A stretch of 64,000 bases of DNA from NCBI GenBank assembly GCA_010093605.1, contig MU004182.1:2279195-2343194 (forward strand), read 5' to 3'. The notes under the pieces were generated by a model. It was not told where the DNA came from, did not search any database, and was given only the letters and a program-made list of their open reading frames with translations. Each line of letters opens with the position of its first letter. The first letter of the stretch is position 1. This DNA comes from Lophium mytilinum. Taxonomy: Eukaryota. Of this stretch, positions 12,025-25,542 are shown piece by piece. The translations under genes were made by a program, and so were the position numbers.

Positions 12025-14187
12025 ATGGCTCCTTCAAGGCGCTCCGGTGCCATTCTGCCAATGCTTGTTGCATTCTTCTTCTTCCTCAACGCCGCCGTTG
12101 CCTCCCATGAACACCTCCACCAGAAGCGTGAGCATCTCAACCTGGAGAGGCTGTCTGCCATCGAGGAGAAGGCCGGCCTGCTGGAGAAGCGTGCCAACTA
12201 CATTGCCACCACTGGCATCAAGGGCACGCTGTCGCCGCGTCTGGAGATCCGCAACCTCAAGAAGAATGCCGACCAATGGGCCCTGTACATTCTCGGCATG
12301 CAAAAGTTCCAGGCCATGTCCCAGAGCGACCCGCTGTCCTACTATCAGATTGCCGGTTGGTACCTCCACGACATCTTCCATATGAACACAGCTAATTGAA
12401 ACCCCAGGTATCCATGGCCGTCCTTTCGTCACCTGGAACCAGCTTCCTCAAGTGAACTCCGCCGGAATGTGCCCTCACGTTTCCACCATGTTCTGGCCTT
12501 GGCACAGGCCCTACCTCGCCATGTTCGAGCAGGCCTTGTTCACCCAGGTCCAGGCTATCGTCAACACTGCCCCTTCTTCCACCAAGGCCAGATGGCAAAA
12601 CGCTGCCAACACCCTTCGCATTCCCTACTGGGATTGGGCTGCGGCTCCTCCTTCCGGCGAGGGTGATGTCCCCACTGCCATCCGCGACCAAACTGTGACC
12701 GTCACTGGTCCTACCGGTACCAAGACGCTGAGCAACCCGCTCTACCAGTACACCTTCCACCCGCCTAGCAACGACCTCGGAGGTTCTCCAGTAAGTTTTA
12801 TTTCGAACTCCAACGCGGAACTAGACTAACCTCTCAGTTCAACACCTGGACTACAACCATCCGTCGCCCGTACCGTGACAACGACCAACAGGCATGGCGC
12901 AGCAACAACGGCGACTTCAACGCCATCATGAACAGCAACCGCGTGTCTCTCCGTGACCGTGTGTACAATCTCTTCATCAACAACGCCAACTTCGCCCAGG
13001 TTAGCACTGAAGCCACTGGCACCAACACCGGCAATGCCAACTCTCACGACAGCTTCGAGAGCACCCACGACAGCATTCACGTCATCTCTGGTGGTGACAC
13101 CGGCCCAGCTGGAGGAGGAGACATGTACTACCTGGATCTGTCAGCCTTTGACCCCGTTTTCTGGCTCCATCACGCCAATGTTGACCGTCAATTCGCCATG
13201 TGGCAAGTCATCAACCCCAACACCTACGTTGGCAACGGCATAATCACCCAGAACAACTGGCAATGGAACTCTGGCGAGATGAAGAACGCGTACACTCCCC
13301 TGAAGCCCTTCACCAAGGACACCAAGGGCACCTACTTCACCTCCATGGACATCCGCAAGACCACGGCTCTGAACTACTACTACCCCGAGACCAAGTCGGG
13401 CGCCTCGGCCTCCTCCGTCAAGTCCGCCGTCAACACCCTTTACGGCCCCAACTCCAAGTCCACCTTCAAGCGCGACGTCGCCGGCCGCAGCCTCCCTTAC
13501 GAGGGCCGCCCCATCCGCCAAGGCGACCACGAGTACCTCCTGACCGTCAACTGCCACAAGTTCGCCTTCGACGGCTCCTACACCATCCTCGCCTTCCTCG
13601 GAAACGTCTCCGACGCCAACCCGCAGGACTGGTACACGGCCCCCAACCTCGTCGGCATCAACGGCGTGCTCGCCATGAAGGGCATGGGCAACTCGACCGT
13701 GCCCATCGAGGGCTGCATCCCGCTGACCACCACGCTGCAAGGCAAGGTCGCCACCGGCGAGCTTGACGACCTCTCCCCCTACAAGGTCTCGGCCTACCTC
13801 AAGCAGCAGCTCACTTGGCGCGTGCTGCGCTATGGCAACGTCGTCGTCCCTGCCGACGAGGTTCCCGGTCTACACCTCGCTGTCTCTACCTGCCCCGTCG
13901 AGCCTGCGAAGGCTGCCGATGAGTTCCCGACCTGGGTCGGCACGATGCAGATCATGGCGAATGTTACGGCGGGTAAGCCGGCTGGTCAACCATGGACGCC
14001 GCCCGCGAACCCGTACGGCACGCCTAGCTACCCGAGTGGGGTTTCGCCGAACGCGCCCTACCCGACCAGCTCGAATGTGCCGTGGAACCCTAGCGTGCCG
14101 GAGGATGAGCCGGGCTACTGTGTTAGCCACCAGACGATTGAGTATGTGGACTCGGATGGCAAGTTCTTGTATAAGGAGATGTCGTAG
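12025..14187 (+). CDS. Secreted tyrosinase (type-3 copper protein); introns 12356-12407 and 12791-12837
   Basis: Signal peptide; RLEI; YYQIAG|IHGRP; CuA CPH...FWPWHRPYL; LRIPYWDWA; CuB ESTHDSIH...AFDPVFWLHHANVDR; C-terminal shielding domain. Confidence 0.95.
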
Positions 14188-15179
14188 ATGGGGTGATGTT
14201 GTAAAAAGGGGTAGCAGGGGATGATTAATCATTGGGTTGGCATATACCGTTCTCGTGACTCTTTGGCATATAGCTTAGCTCACAACGCGATGGTCCCTTG
14301 GGTTTTTGGGATTCTTTCGCGTCGGATGATTTTTTTTGATTGTCAATATATGTTTTTTTTGCATCTGATGCTGTGTCTGTGTTGTGAATAATGCTGTGTG
14401 ATCGGTCTTGAAAAGATATGTAGTGGGGCTTAGCGTATTAGTACTAACACCTTGAGTGCAAGAAAGGGGAGTTAGAGGAAAATCTTTTGTATCCTCAAAG
14501 ACGTTTCTCGCAACCGATCGCTGAAATCGCCTGCATCAACCAACTCCCTTCATTTTCACTGTCTTGCTATACCCCTCCACCTCTAATACCGTTGTTATTC
14601 AGAGTCTATACACCACTGAACCGCCCCCAACGGGTGCGCTGACAGTTATATGTATCGCACGATGTATACTTCGAGCCACTCCGCGCGCTCTACGCTCGAC
14701 CAAGCACGTTCTCGCTAGCAGTCTTTAACCAGGGCTGTAGAAGAATGGTATGTAGACACGGCGGCGTTAGGACGCCGGACGTCTACCAGCAAGATCCAGT
14801 CCGGCGGTCTCCAGCTATATGTCAAAACATGGTAGCAGCGGGTCTACAAACAGAAACCAGGTATCAGTAGGCATTCTGGGGCTGTTCGAGCTTGCGTAGT
14901 CGAGAAACGGCAGGGTTCAGGCGGCAGTGAGATGGGGTGAATAGAACACAAGTGCGTGCGTGCCGGTTTGGACGCGGGTTTGGGGCGTTGTTGGTGCAGG
15001 TTTGTCCTTTTCGTCATTGGGGGGAGTATGTTGAATAGTGGCTTTAGTTGGGCTGTGGGAGTAGGGTGGGGTTGGTGCTGTTGGGTTAGAGAATGGAAGC
15101 TTGATCATCGGTTTGGATTCGATCTCGGTATGCGGTTGCAAGAGAGTGGGAATTAGATCCTGGGATCGAGGTGGGATTG

Positions 15180-15345
15180 AGTGCGGTGAGATGTATAAAC
15201 GGGAGCAAGTCCGTGCGATCTAGACTTGATTTTGGCATACTTTTGGAAGAGAGTGCGAATCAGTCTTGTGGCTCGAAGTAGAACTTAGTGCGGGCAGATG
15301 TATAAACGGGAGCCAGTCCGTGCGATCTGAACTCGAGTTTAGCAT
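15180..15345. repeat. Short direct repeat, 2 x ~58 bp (period 107)
   Basis: agtgcgg..agatgtataaacgggagc.agtccgtgcgatct at ~15180 and ~15287. Confidence 0.7.
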
Positions 15346-15480
15346 GTTATTGCACGACGTTTCAATTTAGACAATCAGTTTGAGGTGAGGTTGGGAAGGG
15401 CCAGGGGTCAGTCAACTACGCAAACCTGCTACCAATTTTTGCTATCAACCGACCTCCAATATTAATCTCACCAACACGTC

Positions 15481-16467
15481 TTATGCCCACCATCCCCATG
15501 TCCCCGCGAAAACGGCTAGAGTCCCGACGATCCATGACGCCTCCCTCCCCACGGCGGCCATCCCAAGCGCCGTCGGCGATGCTGCTGGAGATACTGACCC
15601 CGTCGATGTCGCACTAGTGCTCAAACTCGAAGTAGTTTCCACGGGCCCGCTGTTCGGGTCATTGGGGTTCGCGCCCGTTGACACGGGATCGGGACCGCCA
15701 TTTACAGAGCGGGTGGTCGAAGGAGCTGGGCGGAACGGGACTGAGATCCCGGTGACCGAGTCCGCGACCGTAGAGGTCTCGCTGTCAGTGGTGGTGAGGT
15801 AGTACGAGAGGACGGCGTGGGAGTGGCATGCGAAGGCAGAGTGCGGCGCGGTGTCGGAGTGGTCGGTGAAGAGAAGCATGGTGTAGCATTGGCCGTTGCT
15901 GGTGGAGGGGTTTAGAAGGGGTCGTTTGTAAAGTCCAGAATAAGGGGATGTGTACAAGGCGACGAGGCGGTTGGGCGGGGGAACTCGAGTCTTTCTAAAA
16001 AAAAAAGGAGAGGCGCCATGCTCACCATGTATATAGCTGGAATGGCGGCACTACCAGTAAAGAGCTCTGTAGACAGGCGGTCGCTATCCCAAAGCTCGTT
16101 GCTGTGGTCGGAACGCAGGCGAAGAAGTCGCTGGATTCGGAGACGGTGGAATCGGAGACACATCTGCCAGGGTAGTCTGATCGTGTCTAGTCTTAGCAGA
16201 TTTTCTAGAGGGGAATACGAAATGCTGTGGTGTAGATCAGGATGAAGATGGAGATGATGAAGAGTGATTACAGTAGCCATTGTAGTAGGTGTAACCAATC
16301 ACGTTAGACCCGGGGCCTTGTCGAGCCTTGAGCTTGTTGAGCGGGTCGAGCGGGGCGGGAGTGATCAGAGGGGTCCATTCTTCGGTTAGAATTGCAGTAG
16401 AGAAAGGAAAAATGACGGCTAATAGGAGGAACTTGTATTTGATAAGGGTCGGACGCGGAAGAGCCAT
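15481..16467 (-). CDS. Secreted, probably GPI-anchored Cys/Ser/Thr-rich cell-surface protein (3 exons)
   Basis: Signal peptide, ITPAP...KARQ propeptide, spliced Cys-containing domain (YYPGRC...FAC...TAC...YTC|NGQC), S/T-rich stalk and hydrophobic C-terminus. Confidence 0.7.
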
Positions 16468-17856
16468 AGTCGTTGCAAAAGCATGCATCTACAGCGTCGC
16501 AGCAGGAATGTTCCGAGGTTCCACACGGAACAAAGTCGAGCGGACTACAAGGCTTAAGAATGTCTCGTTGCTATCGGTGCCCAGCTTCCTCTATTCTGGG
16601 GTATACCTGGAAGTGGCTTGAGTAATACGAGGGGCTTGGTGTCGTGATTGGTGCTGCGGACGGTTCATGCTGAATTCCTTGGGCTGCGGGCTGGGCGCCA
16701 TATGTTCCTATTCGTTTTTTGTACCTCTCCATCGACGGAAGCTTGGCTGCTTGAAGAGGGCCGTCATTTCGTGCTTTCGAAGAAAAGATAATCCATCATG
16801 AAGAACGATGAAACAGGGAATGACACAGATCTTGAAGATCGTGTGCAGAGGAGCATGTCCCAGGATTCTCGCAAAGCTAAATCGAGGCAAGTAACTGTCG
16901 AAGTCATTCAGATAGCGGCTAAGGTGGAGGAAGTGTCGCTAGAGTGTGAGGGGCGAGGTCTGGAACTGATCGTCGAAAAGCATTGAGATTCCGCGCTAAC
17001 TTCAAACAAGCCTAGCATATCCCTTGACTAGGAGCCCTGGAGTCCTTCTTATGGAGCTTTCCTGACTACATCAATTACTCTTTGGACGAGAGATCCAACC
17101 TCTGGCGTACCACTAAAGATCTATTGTATTTTGCATGCAACTTGAACTCTCCAACAGCTTCCAGTCTTTTCGTGCGAACTGTTTTTTGGGCACTCGAAGT
17201 GCGATGGAGGCGCATTTTGCTTTCCAACTACTTTCAAGAACAAGAGCGGAAGACTCGATGTTATGAAGCACCCTCTAAGGTCCTTCTTGAAGCCGTCCTC
17301 CTTGTACTGTCTCTCTTAACATTTCAAAGACTGATAGAGATCATAATGACACTACTGAGAAGCTTCAACTTATCTTCGAAAAATCCTCTCATCAAGTAAG
17401 AAGTAGATCGAAAAGGATCAGGAGAAAGATACGCTGCACGTTCAAAAGTTGCCATGCTCTTACAAACTTCTGTCACTCCTTCTGTCCAACCCCTCTGTGG
17501 GGCCTCGATCTGCATTTTAATTGGCTAACGCAGCTGCATCGTGCTATCAGTTCGGTAACCCGCTGGCAACTGTGCCCCTCCAGCTGCATGTACCGCACTA
17601 CATGACAGGGTAATACGTGTCTAGTTCCCGCAGCTAAACCATCTCCAGTACTTCGAGAACCGTTCAATCGACGAGTGAGTAGGCTCCAGGTAAGTCGCCA
17701 GGTATAAGTACTAGAGGGGTAGGTAGTACATACCCCGCCACACGCAGTTCTGTCTACCAATTCCCAAACTCCTGGGTCGAATACTAGCTGCAAAATCCCA
17801 GACATAAGGTTCCAGACAAGAAACGCACGGATCCGCCCCAATAGCATTCATCCATC

Positions 17857-18989
17857 ATGGCATCTGCTGAGACAGCCGCCCCGGCAGCCACACTTGCCCC
17901 TGAACCAACCAATGCTCCCGAGCCAGCCAGCGTTCCCGGAACTACAGATGATCCCTCGCAGGAGTTCCTGTACGAGAACGGGCGCCGCTTCGCGAATCCA
18001 AAGTTCAAGAGCTCGTATACAATGCCCAACGACGAACCCGAGTTTGCGCGACTGGACCGGCAGCATGAGCAGTTTTGTTTCATGTTTGGTGGCGAACTGG
18101 GTAGAGCGCCGTTGGTCAAGGAGGAAGTCAAGACAGTCGTGGATCTAGGGACTGGAACGGGCATCTGGGCTACCGACTTTGCGAAGAAATACCCTGATGC
18201 GAAGGTGATTGGAATAGACATAACTCCAGTCCAAGTTACAGAGAAGACGCCAGCGTAAGTTAAGGAGATTTACTTTATATCGTCATGCTCTCTTCGCAAT
18301 CACGCGAACCAACAATCGCCCATCTTCTCATCGCTCACCTCAATGTCTTGGTCATATCACACAATCTCCTCTACCGCCCTAACACATCCAGCAACTGTAC
18401 CTTCCAGCTCGCGGACTTCACCGCCGCCTCGACCTGGGAAGCCTACCCCCCAGCGAGCTTCTCCTACATCCACGGCCGCATGATCGCTGTCGGCGTGCGC
18501 AGCTGGTCCGCCCTCGCGCGCCAATGCTACGACGCCCTCGCGCCCGGCGGCTGGGTCGAGATCCAAGAGCTCTCCTTCCCGCTGCGCTGCGACGACGGCA
18601 GCGCCTCCCCCGACGGGCCTATGCTGCAATGGTCTGCGAACATGATCGCGGGCGGGGCCGCCTTCGGCGTCGACATGACGGGCTCTCGCTACTTCCCTGA
18701 CGCCCTGGTGTCCGCGGGGTTCGAAGATGTGACGCTGAAGCCGTATCAGTGGCCGAATAACCCGTATAGCAGTGATCCGGTACTGAAGGCGATTGGGGAG
18801 AGCCAGCAGCATAATTTTAAGAATGGGCTGGAGGGGTTTAGTGTGGGGTTGTTTACGAAGGGGTTGGGGTGGAGTAAGGAGAAGACGGATAAGTTTTTGG
18901 GGGAAGTGAGGGAGGTTATTAGTGATACGAGGCAGCATGTGTATATGCCGATGTTGGTGATGTATGGGAGGAAGCCGCTGGCCAAGTAG
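17857..18989 (+). CDS. LaeA-like SAM-dependent methyltransferase; intron 18255-18391
   Basis: YENGRRF, YTMPNDEPEFARLDRQH, VVDLGTGTGIWATDFA, VIGIDITP, YIHGR, LAPGGWVEIQE and YGRKP. Confidence 0.92.
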
Positions 18990-20197
18990 GAGAGGGGAAA
19001 CGATCAGGGGTGTGGATGTCTAAGCTCTTTCGGACGGTGGTGATGGATAAATAGAACCTTCTAACGGGTGTCGTTTCTATGGCATATTGCTCTTTTCACA
19101 CTAGAAAGACGTGCTTCAAGGTGTGCAAAGTCCTTTTGGCACTTTCCGATGTGCTTCAATGCATTATCAGAAACCTGCCAGGACGTACACCCCGTATTCT
19201 GACATGATTGTTGGGTTACCTCATAAACGTACATACTTATCTTGGATCAGACACAAGTTCAGCGGTCCAGAAGATGCCCATATCGCTGAGCCGTTTCAGA
19301 TTAGTGCAAACCGATCCATACTGGGATCATGTTCACGCGGCTCCCATGCTGGTGGATCTGGCATCTCACCGCATTTTGGGAACCCCCCACGCCAGGCCTT
19401 TGTGAGCTCCACACCAAAGAACGGACACAAGCCTGCAGACCTTAGATGACAACCCTTCAGTCAACGAATATCGCGGTCTGTCGTACAACGAAGCGTAGAC
19501 GATAGGTCAGGGCTACCGGCAAAAGTGTGCACAAACCTATACTCTGGCCCAGTATTTTCGAAGGTGGACTGAAGAGGAGGTACAAACAAGCGTTTCGTCG
19601 CTGAAAAGCCCGCTCTGGTGGCACGGTCTGATGTTGGTCGAATGATGAGAAAAAAGTGGGTGCTCGCACAGCATTCTGCAGCCTCATTGAGACTTCCCGC
19701 TGTTGTACCGGAATGAGTGATGTCGAGGAGGAGCCCTATCAGATTAGGTATCACGCCCGCCGTGGACGTCTTGAAATAAGCATTACTACGGCGGACTAAA
19801 GCATCTTGGCTCGCATTGTGGCACCGCCGGCTGTGTTTTTCGCGCAAGCTGTTGCTGTTCGACGCGTCCGCGGGCGGGAAGCCCGACATCTAACGATATC
19901 ACGAGCTTTGGAGTCGAGACGGATGCGACGGTTGCAGATTGTGCAAAAGGCCCGTTCACGAATGGCTGACGGAGAGGCGGTATGGGCCCGTCCTTTATCT
20001 ACTAGGCCCAGCATTTCGAGATCAGTCAGGCCATGTAGGGTGATTGAATAATAAGGGTAAGACCACCGTCGTCATCGACGATAGCTATTTTCTGCTCCGA
20101 GAATAAAATCCCAACAACAGCCACAGTCGACATTCCATTCAATCTCACCACCACATCAATTGTGACCACTACTACATTTCTCACTACCTTACTGACC

Positions 20198-22104
20198 ATG
20201 GCCACTGATATTAGAACCCAGGCCCTGCAGAAGCCAGTCGACGTGGCAGAGGCAAGTCCCCGCCCTCCTTCACCAATTCCATGCTAACAGTCCCAGTATC
20301 TCTTCACGCGTCTGCGCCAAGTTGGCATCGAATCAATCCACGGCGTGCCCGGCGACTACAACCTCGCAGCCCTCGACTACATTCCCAAGGCCGGCCTGCA
20401 CTGGGTGGGCAATTGCAACGAACTCAATGCTGGTGAGTGCTGCCCCGCAATCCTCATTCTGCCCCTCCTCAACCCCCCCCAGCGGATGCTCCGGAACAAG
20501 ATGAATATTGACTAACATGGCTATCATAGGTTATGCTGCAGATGGCTATGCTCGTGTCAAGGGCATCTCCGCCATTGTAACCACCTTCGGCGTTGGCGAG
20601 CTCTCCTGCGTCAACGCCATGGCAGGCGCCTACTCCGAATACGTCCCAATCGTCCACATCGTCGGATATCCCTCCACTGCTGCTCAGAAAGATGGCATTC
20701 TACTGCACCACACACTCGGAAACGGCGACTACAACGTCTTTGCGAATATCTCGAAGGGCATCTCCTGCGCTACATCCCTCCTCAACGACCCCTTCGAAGC
20801 TGCTACCCTCATCGATCATGCCATCCAAGAATGTTGGATCCAATCGCGGCCAGTCTACATATCACTGCCCTCAGATATGGTACAAAAGAAGATTGAGGGA
20901 GCGAGGCTGGACACACCCCTCAAACTGGATTATGCTCCAAACGAGACAGAAAAGGAAGACTACGTCGTCGACGTCGTTCTGAAGTACCTCCACGCAGCGA
21001 AGAACCCCATAATACTCGTCGATGCATGCGCGATCCGCCACAGGGTACTCATCCCTTCTTCCCCTGTTATAGGACGCAGGCTGACATTTGTAGGCTCTGA
21101 AAGAAACCCACGACCTGATCGTTACCTCCGGCCTCCCCACTTTCGTCGCCCCCATGGGCAAAGGCGCTGTCGACGAAACCCTCCCTAACTACGGCGGCGT
21201 GTACGCGGGAGACGGCTCTAACGCCGGTGTCCGCGAGCGTGTAGAATCCTCCGACCTCATCCTTAGCATTGGCGCCATCAAATCCGACTTCAACACCGCC
21301 GGCTTCACCTACCACATCAGCCAGCTCAACACTATCGACTTCCACTCTAACTACACCCGCGTGCGCTACTCTGAGTACCCCGGCGTGCGGATGAACGGCG
21401 TGCTAGCCAAGGTGACGCAAAAGCTAGGCAAGCTCTCCATCGAGGAAGGCCCAACACCGTCGAACGAGATTCCCCAGGACGAGATCATGTCCGGCGAGCC
21501 AACCATCACGCAGGCGTGGTTCTGGCCTCGACTTGGACAGTGGCTGAAGGCGAAGGATATCGTAATCACAGAAACCGGTACCGCCAACTTCGGTATCTGG
21601 GAGACCCGCTTTCCCAAGGACGTCAACGCTATCTCGCAAGTTCTCTGGGGCTCAATCGGCTACGCGACAGGCTCGTGCCAGGGTGCCGCACTCGCTGCAA
21701 AGGAGCTCGGCATCGCGCGGACAATCCTCTTTACTGGAGACGGTAGTTTCCAGCTTACGGCGCAGGAAGTGTCCACGATGCTCCGGAATAACCTCAACCC
21801 CATCATCTTCGTCATTTGCAACGGCGGATACACTATTGAGCGATACATCCACGGCTGGCAGGACGCGTACAACGATGTGCAGGAGTGGGACTACAAGTCG
21901 CTGCCCAAGGCGTTCGGCGCGAAGCCAGGACAGGCGCAGACGTACCGGGTGGAGTCGAAGCAGGACGTTGAGATGCTGTTCTTGGACAAGAACTTCGTCG
22001 AGAGCAAGGCACTGCGATTCGTGGAGTTGGTGATGCCATGGGATGATGCGCCGAAGGCATTGAAGCTGACGGCCGAGGCGGCGGCGAAGCGGAATGCAGA
22101 GTAG
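20198..22104 (+). CDS. PDC1: Pyruvate decarboxylase; introns 20252-20296 (GC-AG), ~20433-20529 and ~21045-21093
   Basis: [41 protein letters not shown], and the TPP motif GDGSFQLT...NGGYTIER. Confidence 0.96.
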
Positions 22105-23202
22105 TAGCGGCTGCTAGAAAGACGGAGTTCCTCAGGTGAGGTGGATCATAGAGCGGCCACCTTCTTGAATGAAGAGGATTATTGCGATGATTTTCTGCGA
22201 AAAACTTGCAACGAGGTAATGAGACACGGCTTTGACGTCGTCGGGAGCGGCTGGACGGGTTATCAGCGCTCCCACATCTTCTCTTAATACTATAGACTTA
22301 AAAGCTTCTTACCCGACTTGTCTTTTTCCTGCTATCAGTTTCAAAAGCTCAGTCCACAGAAATGGGGGTGGTTCTCAAACAAGGAAGCAACGACCCTTTC
22401 TCCTGCCTCAGGCAAACCACACGCACCCAACCCAAATCCAACCTCACCACAACAGCCGCAAACTTCCCCAACAAAGATCTTCTCACATCGTCAAACTCCA
22501 CGGCCTATCTATCCGCCATCAGTGTCATGTTCTCCAGCCAACCCCACGGCCCCCAGAATTTTGTCTCGCTCCTTCAACAGCTTGCCGGAGACAGGGAGGG
22601 CCAGATCGTGCATTCACCACCAAACGCCGTTTCAGGGTCTTTATCTTTACGTCAGCAGGCAGCAAGCAAGCGGGAGTTCACCTGTCTACGAACACTCACA
22701 CGCCCTTCACAGCCGACGCACGTGGAGCTGCCGTGACCTCATGACGGGGTTATCTCCTCTGGCTACCTTCCACCTTCCACCTTCTTCCTTACAACTACAG
22801 TAGCAGGACGTTCACCACTACACTACAGCTCTTCTACATCACTGACTGGCTCCGGTTGAGGCGGTGTTGTAGAATTAGTTGACTGTTTTCACTCCAAGTC
22901 GACGTCAACCCCCCGACAGAGCAGCGCGGGTTCGTTTTTGTGACACTCAGCACCAACACCAGCCACGTCAGGACTTGATTTCGAGCGCGGTTCATAGAGC
23001 AAGAGTGAATTCAGGTAGGCGGGACCCCCCTTTCATTTTTATTGCCCACGTTCTACTGCACCACCCTTCCTCTACGTGCCTGATCCCCATCATCACCAGC
23101 CTTTGACCTTTCTTGACTCTAAGCAACCGCCAAGGCGCGCACTCTTACGTTCAATCTCACATCGAAGCGCGGGAAACAGGACAGCACGCTAGTACCGACA
23201 AC

Positions 23203-24441
23203 ATGGCATCTGCTGCGTCCGCCCCAGCGAGCCTCCGAATGACGCGCTCCCAGTCACACATAACCGACCACCGGTACGACTCGCGCACCTGGAAGCGTGA
23301 AAGGACGCTCGGGAAAGGCGGCGAAGGCACGGCTGACCTGCACATGTCGCGCTGGACCCCGAACACGAAGCTGGTCATCAAAGTGGTGAAGATGCCTCCC
23401 GACACAGCCCCGGACAAGGAAAACCGCCCGATCGAGGTTGTTCAGCTTGCCTGCATGCCATCGACTTGCAATCGGATCGTAAAGTTAATCGGCTTCGAGC
23501 TAAACACGCCGACGCTGGGCTTGTGCAGCATGTTCCTGGAGTACTGTCCGTTGGGGGATGTGAGGACCTGGCGGATTGCCAATTACGAGGACAAGAACAA
23601 CAAGCATGTTCCCGAATCGATGATCTGGCGCTTCTATATCCAGATGGCGCAGGCGCTCGCGTTCCTCCACCAGGGAATTGGCATGGTGTGTGCTGATGGA
23701 AAGCCGTATACAGGCTGGACCTCCCTAATCCACCGCGATATCAAGCCGTGCAATATCCTTGTCGTCGCCAACAAGGGATCCATCTACCCTTCCTTTAAGC
23801 TTGCAGACTTTGGTATCTCGAAGTTCCACGAACCCAGCAAGACGGATACGGAGGCGGGAACGTATCTCTGGCAGCCACCAGAGTTGCCCCGCATCTCGAC
23901 GCGAGAGGCGGACGTCTGGAGCATAGGCGCGTGCGTGCACTATCTAGCGACAGGGAAGGCGCCGGTGGAGGAGCAACAGGACTATCTCCGCCGCAACTGG
24001 GCTGATTGGGGCAACAAGTACCCGACCGGCGTGGATGCAAATGATAGGCACTGGTGGGACTCACATTGCCCACGTCAACCATTGCATATCAATGTCTCGA
24101 AGACGACGCAGCTTGAAGAGGGCGTAGGGAAGAGTAACTTGAGGCACGAGTACAGCACAGAGCTGGACAGATGTATGATGAAGGCGTTGAACATGAGGCC
24201 GGATCGGAGGCCCTTGGCGAAGAATCTCCTGAAGGCGTTGGAGAAGCATGGCAACCCTATTATCAAGAAGATGACGAAGGGGAGCGGGTTCGTGGATATG
24301 GCCATGAAGTGTGTGGCGGTGACAGACGAATCGGGTATGGACGCGATCGACGAGGGCGAGGTGGAGATGGTGTTGGATGAGGACGAAGCGGATTTTGAGG
24401 AGGAAGATCGGGATTCCTCCAGGAACTATCGGGGCAGGTGA
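23203..24441 (+). CDS. Ser/Thr protein kinase (NIMA/Nek-like subdomain wording), intronless
   Basis: LGKGGEG, VIK, LEYCPLGD, PESMIW, IHRDIKPCN, LADFG, GTYLWQPPE and DVWSIG. Confidence 0.9.
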   Translation: MASAASAPASLRMTRSQSHITDHRYDSRTWKRERTLGKGGEGTADLHMSRWTPNTKLVIKVVKMPPDTAPDKENRPIEVVQLACMPSTCNRIVKLIGFELNTPTLGLCSMFLEYCPLGDVRTWRIANYEDKNNKHVPESMIWRFYIQMAQALAFLHQGIGMVCADGKPYTGWTSLIHRDIKPCNILVVANKGSIYPSFKLADFGISKFHEPSKTDTEAGTYLWQPPELPRISTREADVWSIGACVHYLATGKAPVEEQQDYLRRNWADWGNKYPTGVDANDRHWWDSHCPRQPLHINVSKTTQLEEGVGKSNLRHEYSTELDRCMMKALNMRPDRRPLAKNLLKALEKHGNPIIKKMTKGSGFVDMAMKCVAVTDESGMDAIDEGEVEMVLDEDEADFEEEDRDSSRNYRGR

Positions 24442-24768
24442 GAAAATTACGCACCTTTCCAGGCATCTTTTTGCTCATTTTAACAAGATACTAGGGCCGT
24501 TCGGCGTAGCAAGAGGCGCTTCAAGCTCCGCAGTCGCGCTGCGGCATTTGTCTGAGGTAGTTCATATCGAGACTCACTTGGCTTGGCGTTTGGGTCTACG
24601 AAGTGAGACCGATGGGCATGGGCCGGCGTTGGATACCCTCCGTCTGACAAGTCGGATTTCGGCGATGGAAAGTATTGGCTGCATCTAACTTTGCGATTGC
24701 ATATTAGCATCGCCATAAACATTACACAATACCAATTCAGCCTCAAAACTTACTTGCACAGTGCAACC

Positions 24769-25542
24769 TCATCCACTTGGTGCTATCCTCCAGATTCTTA
24801 ATATCTGCAGCTTCTCCCACCCAGCCTTCTTACCACTGAATCCCACCGTCTCGACTGCCCAACTCTTTCCCCAACTCACAATATACTCTTTGACGTCGTT
24901 CGGCTTGTTTTGTGCACAGAGGAGAATGTATGCTACTCCTCGTGCCGGGTGTAGAATCTCCGGAAGCTGTGCCAGGAGCTTGTTCGTGATCTCCATCCCG
25001 TCTGCGCCTCCAGCGTAGGAAAGCGCCAGTAGATGCGAGTCTTGCTCAAACGTAGTAGATTTCGTGCCTAAAGGCAGCGCATTATATTTCTCATGCGTGA
25101 CTAGGTCCGGAAGATCTGGGGTAGGGACGTAAGGCGGATTGAAAATGAGCACGTCGACGGAGCCAGGCCGAATTAGGGATGTCAGATCTGCGTTGATTAC
25201 GTTGAGGAAGTGCCCTGGTTTCGAGGTCCTGGGATCTGCAATGGCGGTGCGTATAGTGGTGCTCGATGCCCGGCAGGCGAAGCTGTTGATGTCTGTCCCG
25301 AGGGCTAAGATGTCCCTGCGGCCGAGTATGGAAGAGGCATTGGAGGCGACGAAGGCGAGGACGACGCCGGAGCCTGTGCCGACTTCGAGGACGAGGGGCG
25401 GGGGGGCGGAGGGGGGGAAGCGGGAGTGGAGGAAGGCGGTTTCGGGGGCGGAGGAGAGGGTGTCGAGGAGAAGGAAGGAGTCCTCGGCTGGTTCGTAGAT
25501 GTTGTCGAAGGAGACGTGGGAGGTGGAGGGAGTGGGGAGCAT
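24769..25542 (-). CDS. MTQ2: HemK-family eRF1 glutamine methyltransferase (Mtq2/N6AMT1)
   Basis: MLPTPSTSHV..IYEPAEDSFLLLD, LEVGTGSG, FNPPYVPT, LSYAGGADGME and WEKL. Confidence 0.93.
   Translation of the reverse strand: MLPTPSTSHVSFDNIYEPAEDSFLLLDTLSSAPETAFLHSRFPPSAPPPLVLEVGTGSGVVLAFVASNASSILGRRDILALGTDINSFACRASSTTIRTAIADPRTSKPGHFLNVINADLTSLIRPGSVDVLIFNPPYVPTPDLPDLVTHEKYNALPLGTKSTTFEQDSHLLALSYAGGADGMEITNKLLAQLPEILHPARGVAYILLCAQNKPNDVKEYIVSWGKSWAVETVGFSGKKAGWEKLQILRIWRIAPSG

Noticed and set aside
12025..18989. Secondary-metabolite cluster (tyrosinase plus LaeA-like methyltransferase)
   Set aside because: No PKS, NRPS, terpene synthase or DUF3328 backbone gene in the window, and the neighbours are housekeeping genes.
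22232..22803. Overlapping ORFs between PDC and the kinase
   Set aside because: Mostly non-ATG starts, low complexity and no recognisable domain.
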